Shown: positions 47,601 to 62,000 of the stretch, piece by piece
How positions within the stretch are numbered: the first letter of the stretch is position 1
Layout of the letters: each line of letters begins with the position of its first letter
NCBI GenBank assembly: GCA_046563655.1
Contig: CM102289.1
Location: 1,798,001 to 1,862,000 of the forward strand
DNA length: 64,000 nucleotides
Reading direction: 5' to 3'
Origin: Yuukianura sp. NJ FZ-2021
Lineage: Eukaryota
Program-made: the position numbers and the translations under genes
The notes under the pieces: generated by a model
The model's database searches: none
Seen by the model: the letters and a program-made list of their open reading frames with translations, nothing else
What the model was told of the DNA's origin: nothing

Positions 47601-50600
47601 CATTCTCTGTACTGCTACAAACTGTGAGATTAAGCTCATCAAGGAGGCGTACAAAGAAAGTAAGCTTCTTTTTTCTACAAAACTTTATGTGTTTATGTCT
47701 GTCTGTCCGTCTGTCACGATCACGAAATTAGTTCTAAAGAATTTAACATTATGACTAATTATAGATTTTGAATAATTAATTATTATGAATTATATTATAT
47801 TTATTATTGTTTTTTGTCGTAGTGGATGGAGATGACTTGGACGAAGATTTAGAAAAAGAGTTGAGCGGAGACTTTCGAGATTTGATCGTCGCCGTTTGTC
47901 GAGCCGCTCGCCACGAAGAAGCTCCCGTGGACATTGCCAAAGCCAAGCAAGACGCTCAAAAGTTACTAGAAGCTGGTAAGTTTTGAAAAAAAAAATCTAA
48001 CTTTTTCAAATTCTTCCGCTCGTTGGTCTCGAAATGCCCCAAAAGTTTCTTCGAGAAACTATTTCTTCCCGAAGAAAAAAGTTCTTTTTTTTTTAAAGAG
48101 TCACAAAGTATCTGTCCAATTATTTCCATTTTTCTCGAAATTCGAACCTCTTCTTCCTTCCAAACTTTGAATTTTGAACCTTATCATAAACATTCTCCTC
48201 TTTTTTTTGACTTTCTCTCTGCTTTCTTGAGAAGTCAAAGTTTTTTCTTCTTTTCTTTGAGAAGCGGGAGTTTTCCCGGGTAGAAAAAGATCAGTTAGAA
48301 TTGATTTCCTGTGCCATTTTGACAGGTGAGCTCAAGATGGGGACAGACGAGAGTACGTTTACCGCCATCTTGGTTGCCAATAGTTACGACCAGCTCAAGG
48401 CCATTCAAGCGGAGTACCAAGCGGCAGCTGACAAAAGTCTCATTGAAGCTGCTGAAGCGGAACTGTCTGGTGACATGCTCTACGCTGTCAAGACCATCCG
48501 TAAGTGTCACGAAAAATTTATATCAAAATTATACCAAAAACTAAACTATTATTTGTAACTTTAGACTTTGTGCATGTGCAAATTTTCTCTACTTAAAAAA
48601 ATATTTTCTCAACACTTTTCTAAACTTGGTTCCACCAAATGCTTAACGCCATTTGAAACGGTTTTCGCTCCATCTGAATTCAATTTTTTGAAACAAGGAA
48701 CGTGATTGTTCGAAACCCAAACCACGTGATTCAGTTTCCTCCAATCAAATTGCTTCTTTTTCAAAATCCAAAAAATCAAAATGAGCGGGAAACTGCAAAT
48801 CATCTTTGCATACCCGATTTGAGGAGTTTGATTTTGTTTTGTTTTTAGGTTCTGCTTAAAGTTAGTTTTTTTGTTACTTTGCGTTCTAACACATTATGTT
48901 TTGTAGTGGGCGTGGCAAACAATAAACTTGAATATTTCGCCAAACGGATTCACGACACGATGGCCGGACTCGGAACTGATGACAAAGACTTGATTAACCT
49001 CATCGTCCTACGTTCAGAAGTTGATCTCGGAAACATCATGGAGGTTTATGAAAAGTTGCATGACAAGAGTTTGGCAGCAGCGATTGAAGAAGAGACCTCT
49101 GGCGACTACAAGAAACTACTTCTGGACATTCTCTACTAAAATTGAAAAATACCGCTGGAACTTTTTCGTGCTTTCTGGAAAGCGGATCACTTCAACTTAC
49201 ATTCTCCTATGAAAACCAAAAAATTGTATGATAGATTTCTAGATTCTTAGTGGAGCAGTTCCATTACAATTGAGAAATGGAACATGAACAAGGCCAACAG
49301 GCATGGAAAAATATTATACTTATATTGTTACACTAAAAAGAAATTGAAAAAAAGTAAATTGAATTCTACAAGTTTTTCTTCCGTCTTTTGATTTTTTTTT
49401 CAATTTTGAAAAGTAGGAATTTCCTTCACGGGTTTTTTAACTTTGTCGAAATCTATTTTCTTCCTTTCCTTTTTCTCTTTGTGCCTGACGTTTCCCAAGG
49501 TCCATTCTGCTTGAGTTTCAGTAATTCAAAATTCCCGCAAATCTGCAGATTTTTTTTCTTCACTTTTCCATTTAAATTTTTTTTAGATTCAAAGTTCCCA
49601 CAAATCAGCACATTTTTTGTGATCTACTTTCAAACCCTGATTTGCACAAAATTCAGTTTTCATTGTTTTCAAAAATCCTTTGTTTTGCAAAAATCAAATT
49701 CTGGAACACAACTTTTAAATTTTCTCGGTCTCTTACTAATTTTCTTAAAACGTTGGAATTGCAAGTTTAATTCAAAATTCTTGATTCTTGATCTAATATT
49801 TTGGAAATGGTGCAAAAATATTGTGTTTTAAATTTTGCCGCTTCGCACATGCTCAGTGGTCATACTGCACATTGACTTTGCACTGAAAACTTGATTCTGT
49901 TCTAAATTGTTATTTGATTCTTGCGTCATTGCTTTCCAGTGAAGGTGGTGCGTGGGGGCACACTTTTTTAAAAATGCAGGAAACTTTTGAAATGGAAACG
50001 TGCTCGGGGAGAAAACAATTGTTATTTGAATTTTAGCGGCACTTGCATTCCAGTGTCGTAGTGCCCATACATCTAGAATGGGCTGTTGTTCCAGGTCATT
50101 GTGGTTTTGGAATGTAGAGAGCCCGGGTAATGCTAAGATGCGGAGTGTAATGGTTTTGGAGACTTGATGTTTTTGTAGGAAATGGAAGAGCGGGAAAGGC
50201 GGACTTCATTTCAACTCTAATAAAATTGTGTAAATAAAAACAAGGTTTAAGGAGGAAAGGGGGAAAGTTCAATTTAGGAAACTCCAAGAATCTGCCGAGG
50301 TTTTCTTTTGAGTTTTTCAAAATCTCCCGGGCTTTCCTTTTCTTAAGAATTTCTAGGAATGATTCTTTCTCCTCCAATCCCATTTCCCGCTGTTTCCCCT
50401 TGATTTCTGAATCCAATTGCAGACTTTCTATATACTCCAACTCATTCCACTTGGAATTTAGCCTTGCTTTCACCCAATCTGAGGAATGCTGCTGTAGGCT
50501 CATTGAAAGTCAATTGCTCCCTATCTCCTATCTGTTGTTAGGTTTTTGTTGTGTAAGTTTGAACTTTCCGCCTCATTCTCCACACTCAAAGGAACCTCAT

Positions 50601-53600
50601 AACAGAATCCATTACCACGTCATTTGAACCATACGCACCATTTCTGAGATCTCAAATGAACCAATTTCATCATACTTACACCCAAACAGTCGCTTTTTAG
50701 TGGGAAATTTCAAGAGTGTTGAAAGGTATGGGAAATAGAAATTTGCATTTTGTCACATAAAATTTTGACTTTCATAAAATCACTGCTATTCAAGGTAAAA
50801 TTTAAAATTGTTCAAGTAACGAGAACTACTTTATGAATTGGCATTGTACTTCTGCCTGTCTCTCTGAGCGTCAACTGTTCAAAATGTGCGGGTTTCTAAA
50901 AACATTTTTTTCCCTCAAGCTTTTCTATTTCTCAAAGTTTTTTTTCTTGCAGTTTAAGAAAATGACAGAAAAATAATTATTTCCAAACTCGTTTCGCATT
51001 TTCTCATCTCCAGTTTTTGCCCTCATGCTACAAAGTTTTTTTTCTCTTCCCAAAACTTTTTTTTTCTAGAACTGGACAGAGTTTTAATATAACAAATTTT
51101 TTGTGAAGTGGAAACTTCATTTCAAATTTTTGATTTCTCCCGCTCGCCCGCCTACTCTCAGCTCAGATGAAATTAAAGATTCGAAGCCTCACTTTCTCCT
51201 GTAAAGTCATACAACAAATTCCTCCTGAGCGGTTCTATACAAATGTACTGAAGCGAAACGAACCTTACAACAAAAATCCATTCACAACCGCCAATTTTGA
51301 AGTTGATATCCAACACTACAAGTACCGTAAAACACCAAATACAACGAGTACTAACTCCTGTAGAAGGTATAATGTTAAAGCCAACCTTGTAGGTACCGTG
51401 AAACTCCACATACAGTATGGATTATAAGTGCCGTGATACATAATGTACAACGAACACAGCAAAAACAGTCGGACATAAAACTAAAACCAAAATTTCGAAA
51501 TTTTACCATAAAAGTTACACTTAAGCACAACTTTTTTTTTTATATAACTGAAATACTCCGTGCATACCGAAATTAGTTATACATTTCGAAAAAGTCAAAA
51601 ATTGAACTTTTACAGTAGCTATAGAAAAAAGTTCTGAAAAAAAGGCGGTTAATTGAAAATTTGCGCTAGGGAACGTAGAACCGTGGTAGCTACAAGTTTC
51701 TAAAAACTTATTTTTACGTGTAAATTGTATCCACTTGACAATGTACAATACACAACAGGAAAGAGGGAGAAAGTGAATAGAATTGCTTCAGGGGAGAAAT
51801 GTGTGCGTCTTTTGTGTTGAGAAACGTACAAATCCTTTGGTTTGTGCCTATTGACAAACCAAAAGTCATTTTCCACTGCGTTTTCAAAAGGAAAAGTGAA
51901 AATCCCTTCCCTACACACCTCTCTTTTTACTATTTTCCAAAATAACTCCAGTTTCAAGTTCCGGAAAACTTGAAAATTCAGTTGACGAACACACCTAACA
52001 TGGACCACTGCGGAAGCCGCTTTCTACCGGTTGTGACAGATTCCTTTATCTCATTGTTCGACTCCCGCTTTCCTACACGCGGGAAAGTTTTGGAGAGAGG
52101 TTAATCCCAAATATATTACAACTTTGAAATTCCCTCCAAATCTCCACCAATCCCCTCCGGAGGAAAAGTGGAGTTCCATGTCATTTTCCATCATAAACCT
52201 AACATAATACCTCCTTCAGACATAACTTTTAGGTGAATAAACCTTGGCTGCACTGCACCAGCACAACAGAGATCCAAAGCTAAAAAAGTTGTCGACGTTT
52301 TTCAACGTGCTCTTTAAAGGATTTAGGCTGACAGTGAAAGCCAGGTGGGAAAGGAAACACGTTTCAAAATATGAAAGCAACATTTCAAAAATTCAAAATT
52401 AAAAATGCTGGAAAAGTTTGATTAAAAAAAGTAATTAAAAAGTGCTTTTCCCTCAAATCACTTCGGTTTTAATTTAAAAATGTTTGATAGATCTCGAATC
52501 CTAAAATATTCTAATCCCGAAACCTTCATTCGTAATTTTTTTTTGGAGTCTAGTTTTTTTATTTTGAAACTTTAGGCGCAATTTTTTTAATTTTCTTCTC
52601 TGAAACCCAATTCTTGCTTTTTTTTACTTCTTACTTTCTCCCGCTCTTTTTTGAAAATTGAACCTGAGTGAAAGTAGGAAAGTTGTGTGAGGTGCGTTCG
52701 TGTTCGCTTTCATTTGATTCAGCAAGGACGTTAAAGATTGACAGTAGCTCATTCTTTGCTGTCACGGTGGATTTGTTTTGTGCAGAAGGAGTGTCATTAA
52801 TCAGAAGATGAGGGAATTGGATTCCTTCCATCTCATTCTCTAAGTTCCAGAAAAAAAGCTATGGAGAATGTGGATGAAAAAGTGCAGGATGAGGTGATGA
52901 GTGTTGTTCCCAATAAAGAAAGTGAAAGTGAAAGAACCTAACCTATCTTATGCCGGCCTAACATAGCCTAACTTGAAAAAAATAAGAACATCCTTACCTT
53001 GCATTTTGTGGTCCAGTGCTCTTGACATCAAATGAAGATGAGGCTGAGATCCTAGAAGACGGAATTTGGCCATGTTCCATGCCAAGGGGAGCCGCACAGC
53101 TATTGACATCTTGGTCTGACCCTTCACCTGAAATCAATCGTCCGTCAATCAGAGGTGTCTTAATTAGTTTTCTGAAAAGTCATCTTTGACACTTTTATAC
53201 TTTCCCCCTCTCTTTTTTCTTTGACTTTTGGCGCCATTATTTGATTTGACAGAAATCTAATAAGCCTTGTCTCCCATCCATAGCCACGCAACGTTTTTTC
53301 ACAGTTCAAATCAAAAGAATCCTATTCAACAGGAACTGCAATTGTAGTGGTAAAAACTAAAAAAAAATCTACGCTGAATTTGTCAAGATTCTATGCATAA
53401 AATTCAAGAAAAATTAAGCTGAGGCTACGCTTTCACTCCACGATGAGAGTAACCGATGAGATGATGAGAATGATTTAAATCACTTTGATTTGTGTGCTTG
53501 GTTTAACTATGAAAAGCGAAAAGTGTCATGTGCCGTTTGGTACAGGAGGGTGAAGTAGTGCGGTTATGATTTTTTTTCTACATTTTTTTCAGTTTTTTTA

Positions 53601-56057
53601 GACGGGAGTAACTATGAATAGCCCCTGACCCTCTCCACTCACTTTCTGTTTTTAGTGAAATTGAATTTCCTTGTCAGTGACTTACAGATGCCCATTTCCA
53701 TTCACCCTCAACCTTATTTACAAAACGTATTGAAAACATAAGCCTCCACTTTGATGCTGAACCATGCAGAGACGATCATCTTCAAAAGCTAAAAGCCGTT
53801 TTTCTTGATTTCGAATTTCTATTTCCAGAAATGTCTTTTTGGAAAAGTTTACATAAGCTATGAAAAACAAACAAGGATGTTCATTTGATCATAAAATTGT
53901 TAATCTGCGATGTGATTTTTTAAAGAGTAAAACAAACTGAACAAAAAATTCAGAAAATAAGTAATTCGTACTTATATGAAAGGCCGCTTGTCAAATAATA
54001 AATGACGGATGATCGAGCAAATGGTCGCTAAGTGGCCGGTGGTTGGTGGTTGGGAAATGGTCGGTGGGCAAATGGTAAGTGCTCGCAACGTTTTAGGTGG
54101 TCGGTTGTCATGAAGTGGTAGGTGGTCGTGAAATGATAACTGGTCTGTTGTCTGGAACCCGCATATAACCGTACAGTTTTGTACTTTCTTTTTTTCATTT
54201 TCTGTTCCATTTTTGATGAAACCGCTCTAAATTTCCATTTTGAAATTTCTCATAGTGTCAAATTCTGAGCATGTACTTCTAAATTAAAGCTCACCGCACA
54301 TCTTTCTTTCTTTGTAGAAATTGTTCTCCCAACTTCAATTCCCACATGTTTGGCCTTTCTCTTAACCACACATTTCATTCGGAGCATGTAGCCCTTATGA
54401 CAACGACTCGGGGGAACGGGGGACTCAAAAGTGTCAAAACTACTACTCGCTGCATTTCAATTTTTCAAATTGTGACGTATTTTCTGAACTTTTCAGAACA
54501 AAAAGTGCGGCTCATTTGAACTCGCAGAGGGAGGGGTCAAGCCGGCGCATGACCTTTGCATGTCAACTTTCCAGCTATCATCAATGCACCATTTGTTTTT
54601 GAATTTGATACTTTTGTGGGAAAACTGAGTCGATTTCGCTTAATTTTCAAAAGTTTAATAAAATAACATAAAAATCAAAATTATAAATAGAAAACGTGGT
54701 AATGGGTGAAAGCTTTCTCTTGCAAGGAAGGAGTTAATCCTCTTTCTTCATTTTGAACGAAGGCGGTTGAGGTCTTGAGGAGTTTCTTTCTAAATCAAAA
54801 GGATTCCAATTTGAAATTCTTTCCCGCCAAAACCCCTCCTCCCTCCCGCCATCCGTTTCTTGTGGTTTTTCTATGTTCAAAGCCAGAAAACGTCTGAGCA
54901 CAAGTTCACACAACGGACAGGACTCTGTAGCTAACGCTCTTTGAACTAAAGTTGAAAGGAATTCTTACGGTTTCTTTCTGACTTGTGTTTCTGGTTAGGT
55001 TTTAGGCTAACTCTAGAAACTTTTCCTGTATTGCTGGAAAAGACGAAGTGTAATCTCCTAACCCTAGAACACGGGTTAAGCTGTCTGGTAATGGAACTTA
55101 GGTTTTTGTAGAAAAGAGAAAGTAGCGAAAGTGGCAGGAAGAAGATGGATGGATTTTGGTAAGAAAAAGCGGGTGAAGCGGAAACGAAAGTCTCATCAAC
55201 CATAGCCCACTCATTAGTCAAACGTTCACTCTACTTGTCCAAGAGTCAATCAAAATCAAACACTTTTTAAAAAGATGGTTTTGAAAATTTTCATATTTTT
55301 TAACACAAAAGTACGGAAAAATGAATCACTTTCTTTACAACATTGAATTCAAAATTTTCACTATATTATTTTCATGAAAAAGTTTTATACAAAGTTTTAT
55401 AGTTGAGTTGTTTTAAAAAATGTTGAGCTTCTTAAATTTCTGAAGCTTTTTTTTCATTTTCTCAAATTAGTTTTTTTAATGATTTTTTTTTAGAATTTGT
55501 GAAATGGAATGAAAGGGACAGGGAGGCTGTAGAGTTCTTAGTAATTTGTAAAATGAAACGCCATTTAATTTTAGTCTCAAAACTTTCCTTCTCATTTCAA
55601 AATTTTGGAAAAGTTTTCCCAGAGAGATGTGAGTAATTAGGGATTTTGACAGGGATAAACTGCTGCTATTCGGATTAATCCAACCGTCAAACTAACTCAA
55701 TTAATAACCTCAGAGTTCGGCATCACAAAGTCACTGTAATAAGTTACTTTAATTATAATTAATTATAATACATTAATATAAAATACAATTCAACATATAA
55801 AGTTAAACACCAGTTTAGCCCCCTTGCAGTCTACAGATGGTAAAAGCAGCAAACCCTTTTAGAATATGCTAAAAACCTTTTTAAAAAAATCATAATTTAC
55901 TGGATACAAAGTGTTGCTAGAAGTTTTTTTTTTAAAGTTCAAAATTTTAGAAATTCAAAAAGTTGTTACCTTTTGCTATGCTGGGAATGGAAGTTGATGG
56001 TGAGGTCATCGCCAGCAGTAGAGTGAAGACTAGTAAAATAATTTGAAGCCCTTCCAT
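38675..56057 (-). CDS. Discoidin domain receptor-like type I membrane protein lacking a kinase domain (~658 aa as read; 11 coding exons)
   Basis: Exons 56057-55970 (signal peptide), 53127-52998 (CAAPLGMEHGQIP..ISASSS), 45875-45644 (GGAWCP, ETQGRFGNGMGQE), 45158-45011 (CMRVEAYGC), 44837-44658 (GLGILTD), 41766-41642 (WIGW..FQFDGIRKF), 40967-40760 (WLLMSEI), 39851-39759, 39656-39581, 39435-38942 (TM) and 38877-38675 all join in frame. A 1-nt indel would extend the tail to 38487. Confidence 0.85.
46723..47569. promoter_or_regulatory. Cluster of nuclear-receptor direct-repeat (AGGTCA/TGACCT) elements around the annexin 5' end
   Basis: There is a DR3 at 46723-46737, a DR4 at 46977-46992, a near-perfect DR1 at 47173-47185, and two perfect DR1 (TGACCTTTGACCT) at 47534-47546 and 47557-47569. 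Confidence 0.45.
47042..49139 (+). CDS. Annexin (4 repeats, ~331 aa, 6 exons), nested antisense in the DDR-like gene
   Basis: Exons 47042-47095, 47192-47497, 47584-47659, 47823-47975, 48326-48499 and 48907-49139 join in frame. Motifs include DAEALKAAMKGFG, DLKSELGGNFE, GAGTDE, GELKMGTDES, GLGTDD, RSEVDL and ETSGDYKKLL. Confidence 0.95.
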
Positions 56058-59000
56058 CTTGTGCTTCAATTCACTTGGGCACAAATCAAATCCTCGTTAG
56101 GTTTCCCTCCAAAAAATTTTCAAGATTTTCAAACTTTTGCCGCTCGTTGCTCGGCGTGTCCAAAATCTTTCAATTCTTCTTCTTTTCTTGTGTTACTCAC
56201 GGCAGTGGTTCTTATTTGATTCCAACGAAGGATGAGGAAATATGAAATCGTTTCAACTTTTTTTCTTCTTCCTCACTTAAGATTTACGATCAAAAGTTTT
56301 TTTGAAGAAATTGGAAAGGGAAAGAGTTATAAGGGACGTTAGTCATGTCGCCCAACTTTGTTCACTTCTTTCTAAGTTTCCATGACAACTCATACCTCCA
56401 GCGAGTTTAAAGTTTCCGCTTTCTCAAAAAATGTTTTCGAAAAGTGTTTTTTTCCAATTTACACTTTCTATGAAGCCTCGTTCTGTTGTTTGGTGTCCTA
56501 GCAACACCTCATATATTTACCAATGTTCACAAAAAATCTTTCCAAATCAAATTTTCACTCTTGTACTAGGACATAAAATCGTCCTGAATCGAGTGAAGGA
56601 GCTCTATTGTCCTAAAATTACTATTGTCCTAGAAATTTACTATTGTCACAAGAATTTCAGAGCTTTGAGGCAGCCTGGTTTGGTAAAGTTTTTTTTTTCT
56701 TTTGAGTGTTTCTTGAAAATAAGGATTGTTCTTGGAATAAAATTTGAAATTGGTTTCAAATTCGCCAATTTTCCCGCGGAAACTTGCTATTGGTTGTTGC
56801 TTGGATACGGAAGTGGTGAGCAACGGAGCCTGTTTATGGTTTATGTTTGTGGATCAAGTGTCAGTGTGACTCTGTGGAGAGTGTAGTGTTGCTCGTACGG
56901 AGGCTTAAAGGAACCCGCCAGTTCTGCTGCTGATCTTCATAATAAGTCGAGGGAGTCTCACTGGAGATTTGGCGCGGAAGGACTTATTGCCTCTGACACT
57001 TTCACTACTTTTCTCCTTGTTCCAAGGAACCTTCTGCAGCCTCACATTTCCCAGTGGACTTCAAATGGGATCGATTCCAAGGCTTCTTCTGGAACAACCC
57101 TTCGTGCACGGCTAAGGGACTCGCAAGTCAACTTTAATTTGGAACCTGTTGAGACAGAAGGGAAATTGAGACTGAATTAAGGGCATTATGTCCAAGTACC
57201 AAAAACAACAAAACAACAACTCCCAATACAGAAACGAAAAAAAAGAAACAAAATTTGATTACATTTCCCGCGTTCTCTTTTTTCTTAGAAAAACTTCTAC
57301 TGTGCTGTGACGTCACGGCGGGGAACTTTATCGACTCAATTTTTAGCGAATTTTGCCCTAACTTTGTCAAAACTCAAAAAATTTGCAACTTTCACAAAAA
57401 CTTTTTTGGACTAAACTTAAGAAATTCTAGTCAATTTGCCCTGCTTGTTGTATGTAAATGGTACATTTGTAAAATTTCTTTTTTACTTTATCAATTTTTT
57501 GAACCTTTTTTCAAGAAATTTCGAAAAGATGAAAATGTAGAAATGTAATTAAAAAAATTTTTCCAAAATTTTATCTCCGAGTGGAAGTTAGGCAATTATG
57601 GATGGGAAGTAGAGAGGAAACAATTTGGAGTCGTTATTTGGTATAATCCAGGAAATGAAAACGAGCCTAAAATTGACTTCTTGTAATACGATTTGAATCA
57701 TACAATTTTTATTGACTTTTCCCCAACTTTCTCCACATGAGGCCCTTATAAGTGCCTTTCCCTGCGTCCCTGCAGGGACTACTGTTGGAAATAGTTGTAG
57801 ACGAGGATATTGGAATTCTGGTTCATCCCTTAGATAATTAGGGGAGTCTCGGTTCAACGAAGTTTGAATCTTCCCTCATTTCATCTCTGTGCACAAACCC
57901 AAGTGACTCATACCCAGTGGCCTAATGGATAATTCATGCAGGATCAACCCATGCCCAAATTCCACTCCCAACATCAATCCATCTCTTTTCTAAGGAATTT
58001 CATAATTAAACTTATAGCCCAAATTTTAAATCATCTCAAATCATTCCAAATTTAATCAACTTTACACTCAATTTGGTGATCACAAAAAATCAAAATTTAA
58101 TCAACTTAAAATCAAATTTGGCAACGCAGAAAAACTTTCGCCTTTAAAAAGAGAAGCATAAATTTGGCATCCAAGACAAACTTCCAAAACAAAAAGTTTT
58201 TAAAAAACTAATATCTTATTCAAAGATCATGTTTCGTGAATCCTAAATGTTAAGGAATAAATCGACGTTGTAGTCTAAGTTGGTTTGAAAATTTCTGAAA
58301 TTCTGATTTTTTGAAATTTTTGTTTTCGACTTTTTTAAATTTGAAAAACAATGCCGTTCTACTCTAATTTAACGCATATAATAATCACCAGTTTAATTGA
58401 CAATTGAAAAGTTCGTAATTCAGATTAATTTGACACTAATAATTCAAAGGGGTTAAAATTAAATTGAAATTGGAGTCGTTTGATTACACAATCGTTTTTC
58501 AAATGAACTTTTTAATTAAGTTCAGATTAGGGCGCCAGAGTTTGAATTTTCAAATTTCAAACTTTGCCGCTCTACTTGCAGAGGAGTCGTGGACGTTGAT
58601 GGGATTTGTGTATGCATGTGATGGAAGTCATTTGAATTCCAGGTGTGGTACTAACTTGCTTATTGCCACTTCCAGAGCCACACTCAGAAAACAATGCTCT
58701 GGAATTCGGATTTTGGCTCCCCGGGAACCTCCACAGTGCACAGTTTCATTTCCGCTCTGGAATGCTTCACGCTCTTCCTACCTTACTATCTGACTTCATC
58801 CATTTCAAAATCCCGCGCTCAATTCCACTCTGATGGAACTCCCTCCTGGAATGAGATCACATCCAAAGATACAATGGAAACACACCTCATCTTCCTTTCT
58901 CCCTGCCTCCAGCCATATCGATTCAAATGAACACAAACGACAACGTACTTCTCCAGAAACAATGTCTCCAATCTAAAAAAAAACGCGCGAAAAAACCATT

Positions 59001-62000
59001 TTGAAAAAAAAGCCTCAAAACTCAAAACCTAATTTTAAAAACCCACAGCTGCTTTTTCGATATACCCAACAAAAATCCAATCGAAAAAGTCAAAGAATTG
59101 TGCCACCGAAAACCGGACCACAATAAGACAAAAGCACATTCGTGTTTGTAAACATTTTTGAGAAAAACTATGTAAAAGTTTACCAAAAAAAAGTAGTTTT
59201 TTTTCAAATTTTTCTTCAAGATTTAAAAATCTGAAAACATCGGGAAAATAAAGCTGATTGTACTAACAGATTCACAAGTTTGAAATTTTTAATGATGCTG
59301 CGTGACCAGATTTGTGGCAGTTTTTTTTTCAGAAACAGAAACAAGGTTTTTTTAGAGAAAAGCGGAAGAGAAAGTCTGTGGCGCGAAATTTGGAAATTTG
59401 AAAAACTAGTAAAGGCATTTTGAGCTTCTTGCTATCGATTCAAGTGGATAATTTGAGATTTCCCATGTCAAACATCTCCCTCATCCAAGAAGTGGCCTGT
59501 TCCTCCTCCTCCGTAGTTACCCGCTTTTAGAAAAAGTTACCCGGTTCTGGAAATACCCGGTTCGGGAGCAGATGTTTCTGGAGCAGAAGTACTTTGAGGG
59601 AGAAAGTCCTTTTGCCACGGTCCTTTACTTCAAAAACCTCAGCGAGAGTGGACGATTGCGGGGAAAGGAGACAAACCGTGGCGGAATGGAAATGATGATG
59701 AGTCAACGCAGAAAAGAAGGTTCAAAATGGAATTTAGGCGGAGAGAAACAGACGTAGAGTCGTAAATCTTTTAAGGCCTCACAACCATAAAAATAAAATC
59801 ATCTTCCAAACTTCAATCTGAATCTCTAATGAAACTTTCACTTTTTTGTCTCCCGAGCCTCTTACTCATACTTTCTCCTTTCGCCATAACACTGGCATAA
59901 AACACATAAAACAAAAGAAATCAGGCCAAATGCGCACGATTTCATTTTATAGTGGCTGTACTCCGACAGTCCACAGCAATTTAAACACCACTTAAACGTT
60001 TACATTTAAACGCACTTTCTATACACTTCTTTTCCGGCATTCGAATTTCCCCGCATTTTGACTTTTACCGCGGTCGAACTTTGCCGTCGTTAAACTTTGA
60101 CCGCATTTTCAAATCAGCCCACTTTTTTTTTGTTTTTAATTTTTTGAAAAATTCGTTCTAGATTTTAGACCGGCGAAAATGTATTGAAAAGAAGCGTCTT
60201 TTTTTTTGTAAAATGGCCGACTGTGACTGGTTCATTTTTTGAAAAAGTAGGCCCGGAAAAGCATAAGATTTAATGTAGGAAACGGGAAATTTTAAAATCC
60301 AGGATTTAAGTGAAAACGAGTGGTTTTTGGTTACATTTGATTCCAAGTTGAAGCAGAAGGTCAGGAGAACCACTTTCCAAAATTCCTAATTGAATTTCCC
60401 TCCCAGAGAACTTGAACTGAGAGTATAAAGCGACACAGTGTGTATTCTCTCGTTTCACCAATCAGCCTAATGCAATTTAGTACAAATACGCTTAAACTTC
60501 CACTTCAAACAAAACTTTTCCATTCCCTTCTCTGTGTAGTGCTCAACCATGCACATAAATTTGGTGAAAGTGGAGTCATGTAATTAATTTGGATATGCAA
60601 ACACATACATGGATCAATCTCATCTGGAGAACAAAAATTTAAGCAACTTTTAGCAACTGTCGCTCACCCAAAGTGGCCCATTTTCAAACATTTCAAAAAA
60701 AAACACTCAAAAGTAACTTGTTTTTGAAAAAAAAAATCCGAAAATCATGGCGTGTAAACGCGAACAACTTCTGTTTGTTTTTCACTTGAAATCGAAAAGC
60801 AGCTGAAAACAAACTTTGCTTTAACTTAGTTTTAAATTAAATAAAAGTTACTACTTAAATTATTTTGAAACACAAATTTGATGCTAGTACAACGTGTACT
60901 GTCTACAACTTTTTTGAAACTACGCATTTTCATAAAAAATTCAAACGGTACACACGATAGCTTTTTTTTTCGAAAAGTTTTCCTTTCTTCCTGTCTTTTT
61001 GAAAGCTCCTGTTCAAAGAATCTGCCAGGATGAACGTGAGTGCTTTTAGTGCTCCAGGGTAACTTTGTGATTTTTGAAATGGGTTTATTAATTAATTAAA
61101 TCTGGAAATGCAGTCTCTCTGGCCACTTTTATTGGGAGGACAAGCGACTGCTGGAGGGTGAGCATATTCCTTTCATTACGCTGATGGAGGGGGATTTCAA
61201 AAAATAGAAGAGCAACAGTTTTGCTCCCCTCTCCCTTCTTTTACTTTCACTTTTTAGGTTTCTGTCATGTCCACAAAATCAACCAACAGGAACAGACAGG
61301 GCTTTGATCCCTACTGAATGGCCGCAGGTAAAACTCAAGTTTTTGTACAAAACATTTTCAAAGAAAAATCATTGTTGCCGTGTCCAATTATTCCTGAGAC
61401 GTGCTTAGCGTCTCCATGGTTTCACGTATTTAAACAATAGTTCGACAAATCACTTTTTCAAAAGTCTTTAAAAAAAAATTTAATTTGAGGTATTAGTATT
61501 TTCATTGCCTACTCTCTTAAATGTCTCTTCTTTGTCAAGTTTTTTTTTTGTTTCAAAATTCTAAATCTTCCGTGATTGCTTATGGCATTCATTAGAGTCC
61601 AACAAATGGAAATTTTGAAAAAAAGAAACAAAATATTTAAAAAAAAAACAAAGTTTTTTTTGAGGACTTACCTATTGAGAAAAAGGTTTGAGGAAATCCT
61701 CTTTTGGAAAACTACAATCCTGAAACTTCAAAGTGAAAGTCAGTGTTTTTGAAAATCCAGGAATCAGAAACAAAGAACGTTGAAATAGAAATTATTTTAA
61801 AACCATGAAAACAGGAAAGAATGTGTAGAAAAGACAGTTTTAGAAAGAAAGGCTTTAGTTACCGGGGAAACTGTTAATTTGAACTTCTGTGGGATTTAAA
61901 GGTGAAAGTTGGTAGAGAGAAACCGTGGAGAAATGTTCCTCGTTTTACGGATCAACTTTCTTCAAAGGGAATTTCGGCCTACTTTTCCCAGAAGAGAAAA

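Noticed and set aside
49388..50627. ORFs of 147, 135 and 75 aa downstream of the annexin
   Set aside because: They are low-complexity intronic translations without recognisable motifs or splice support.
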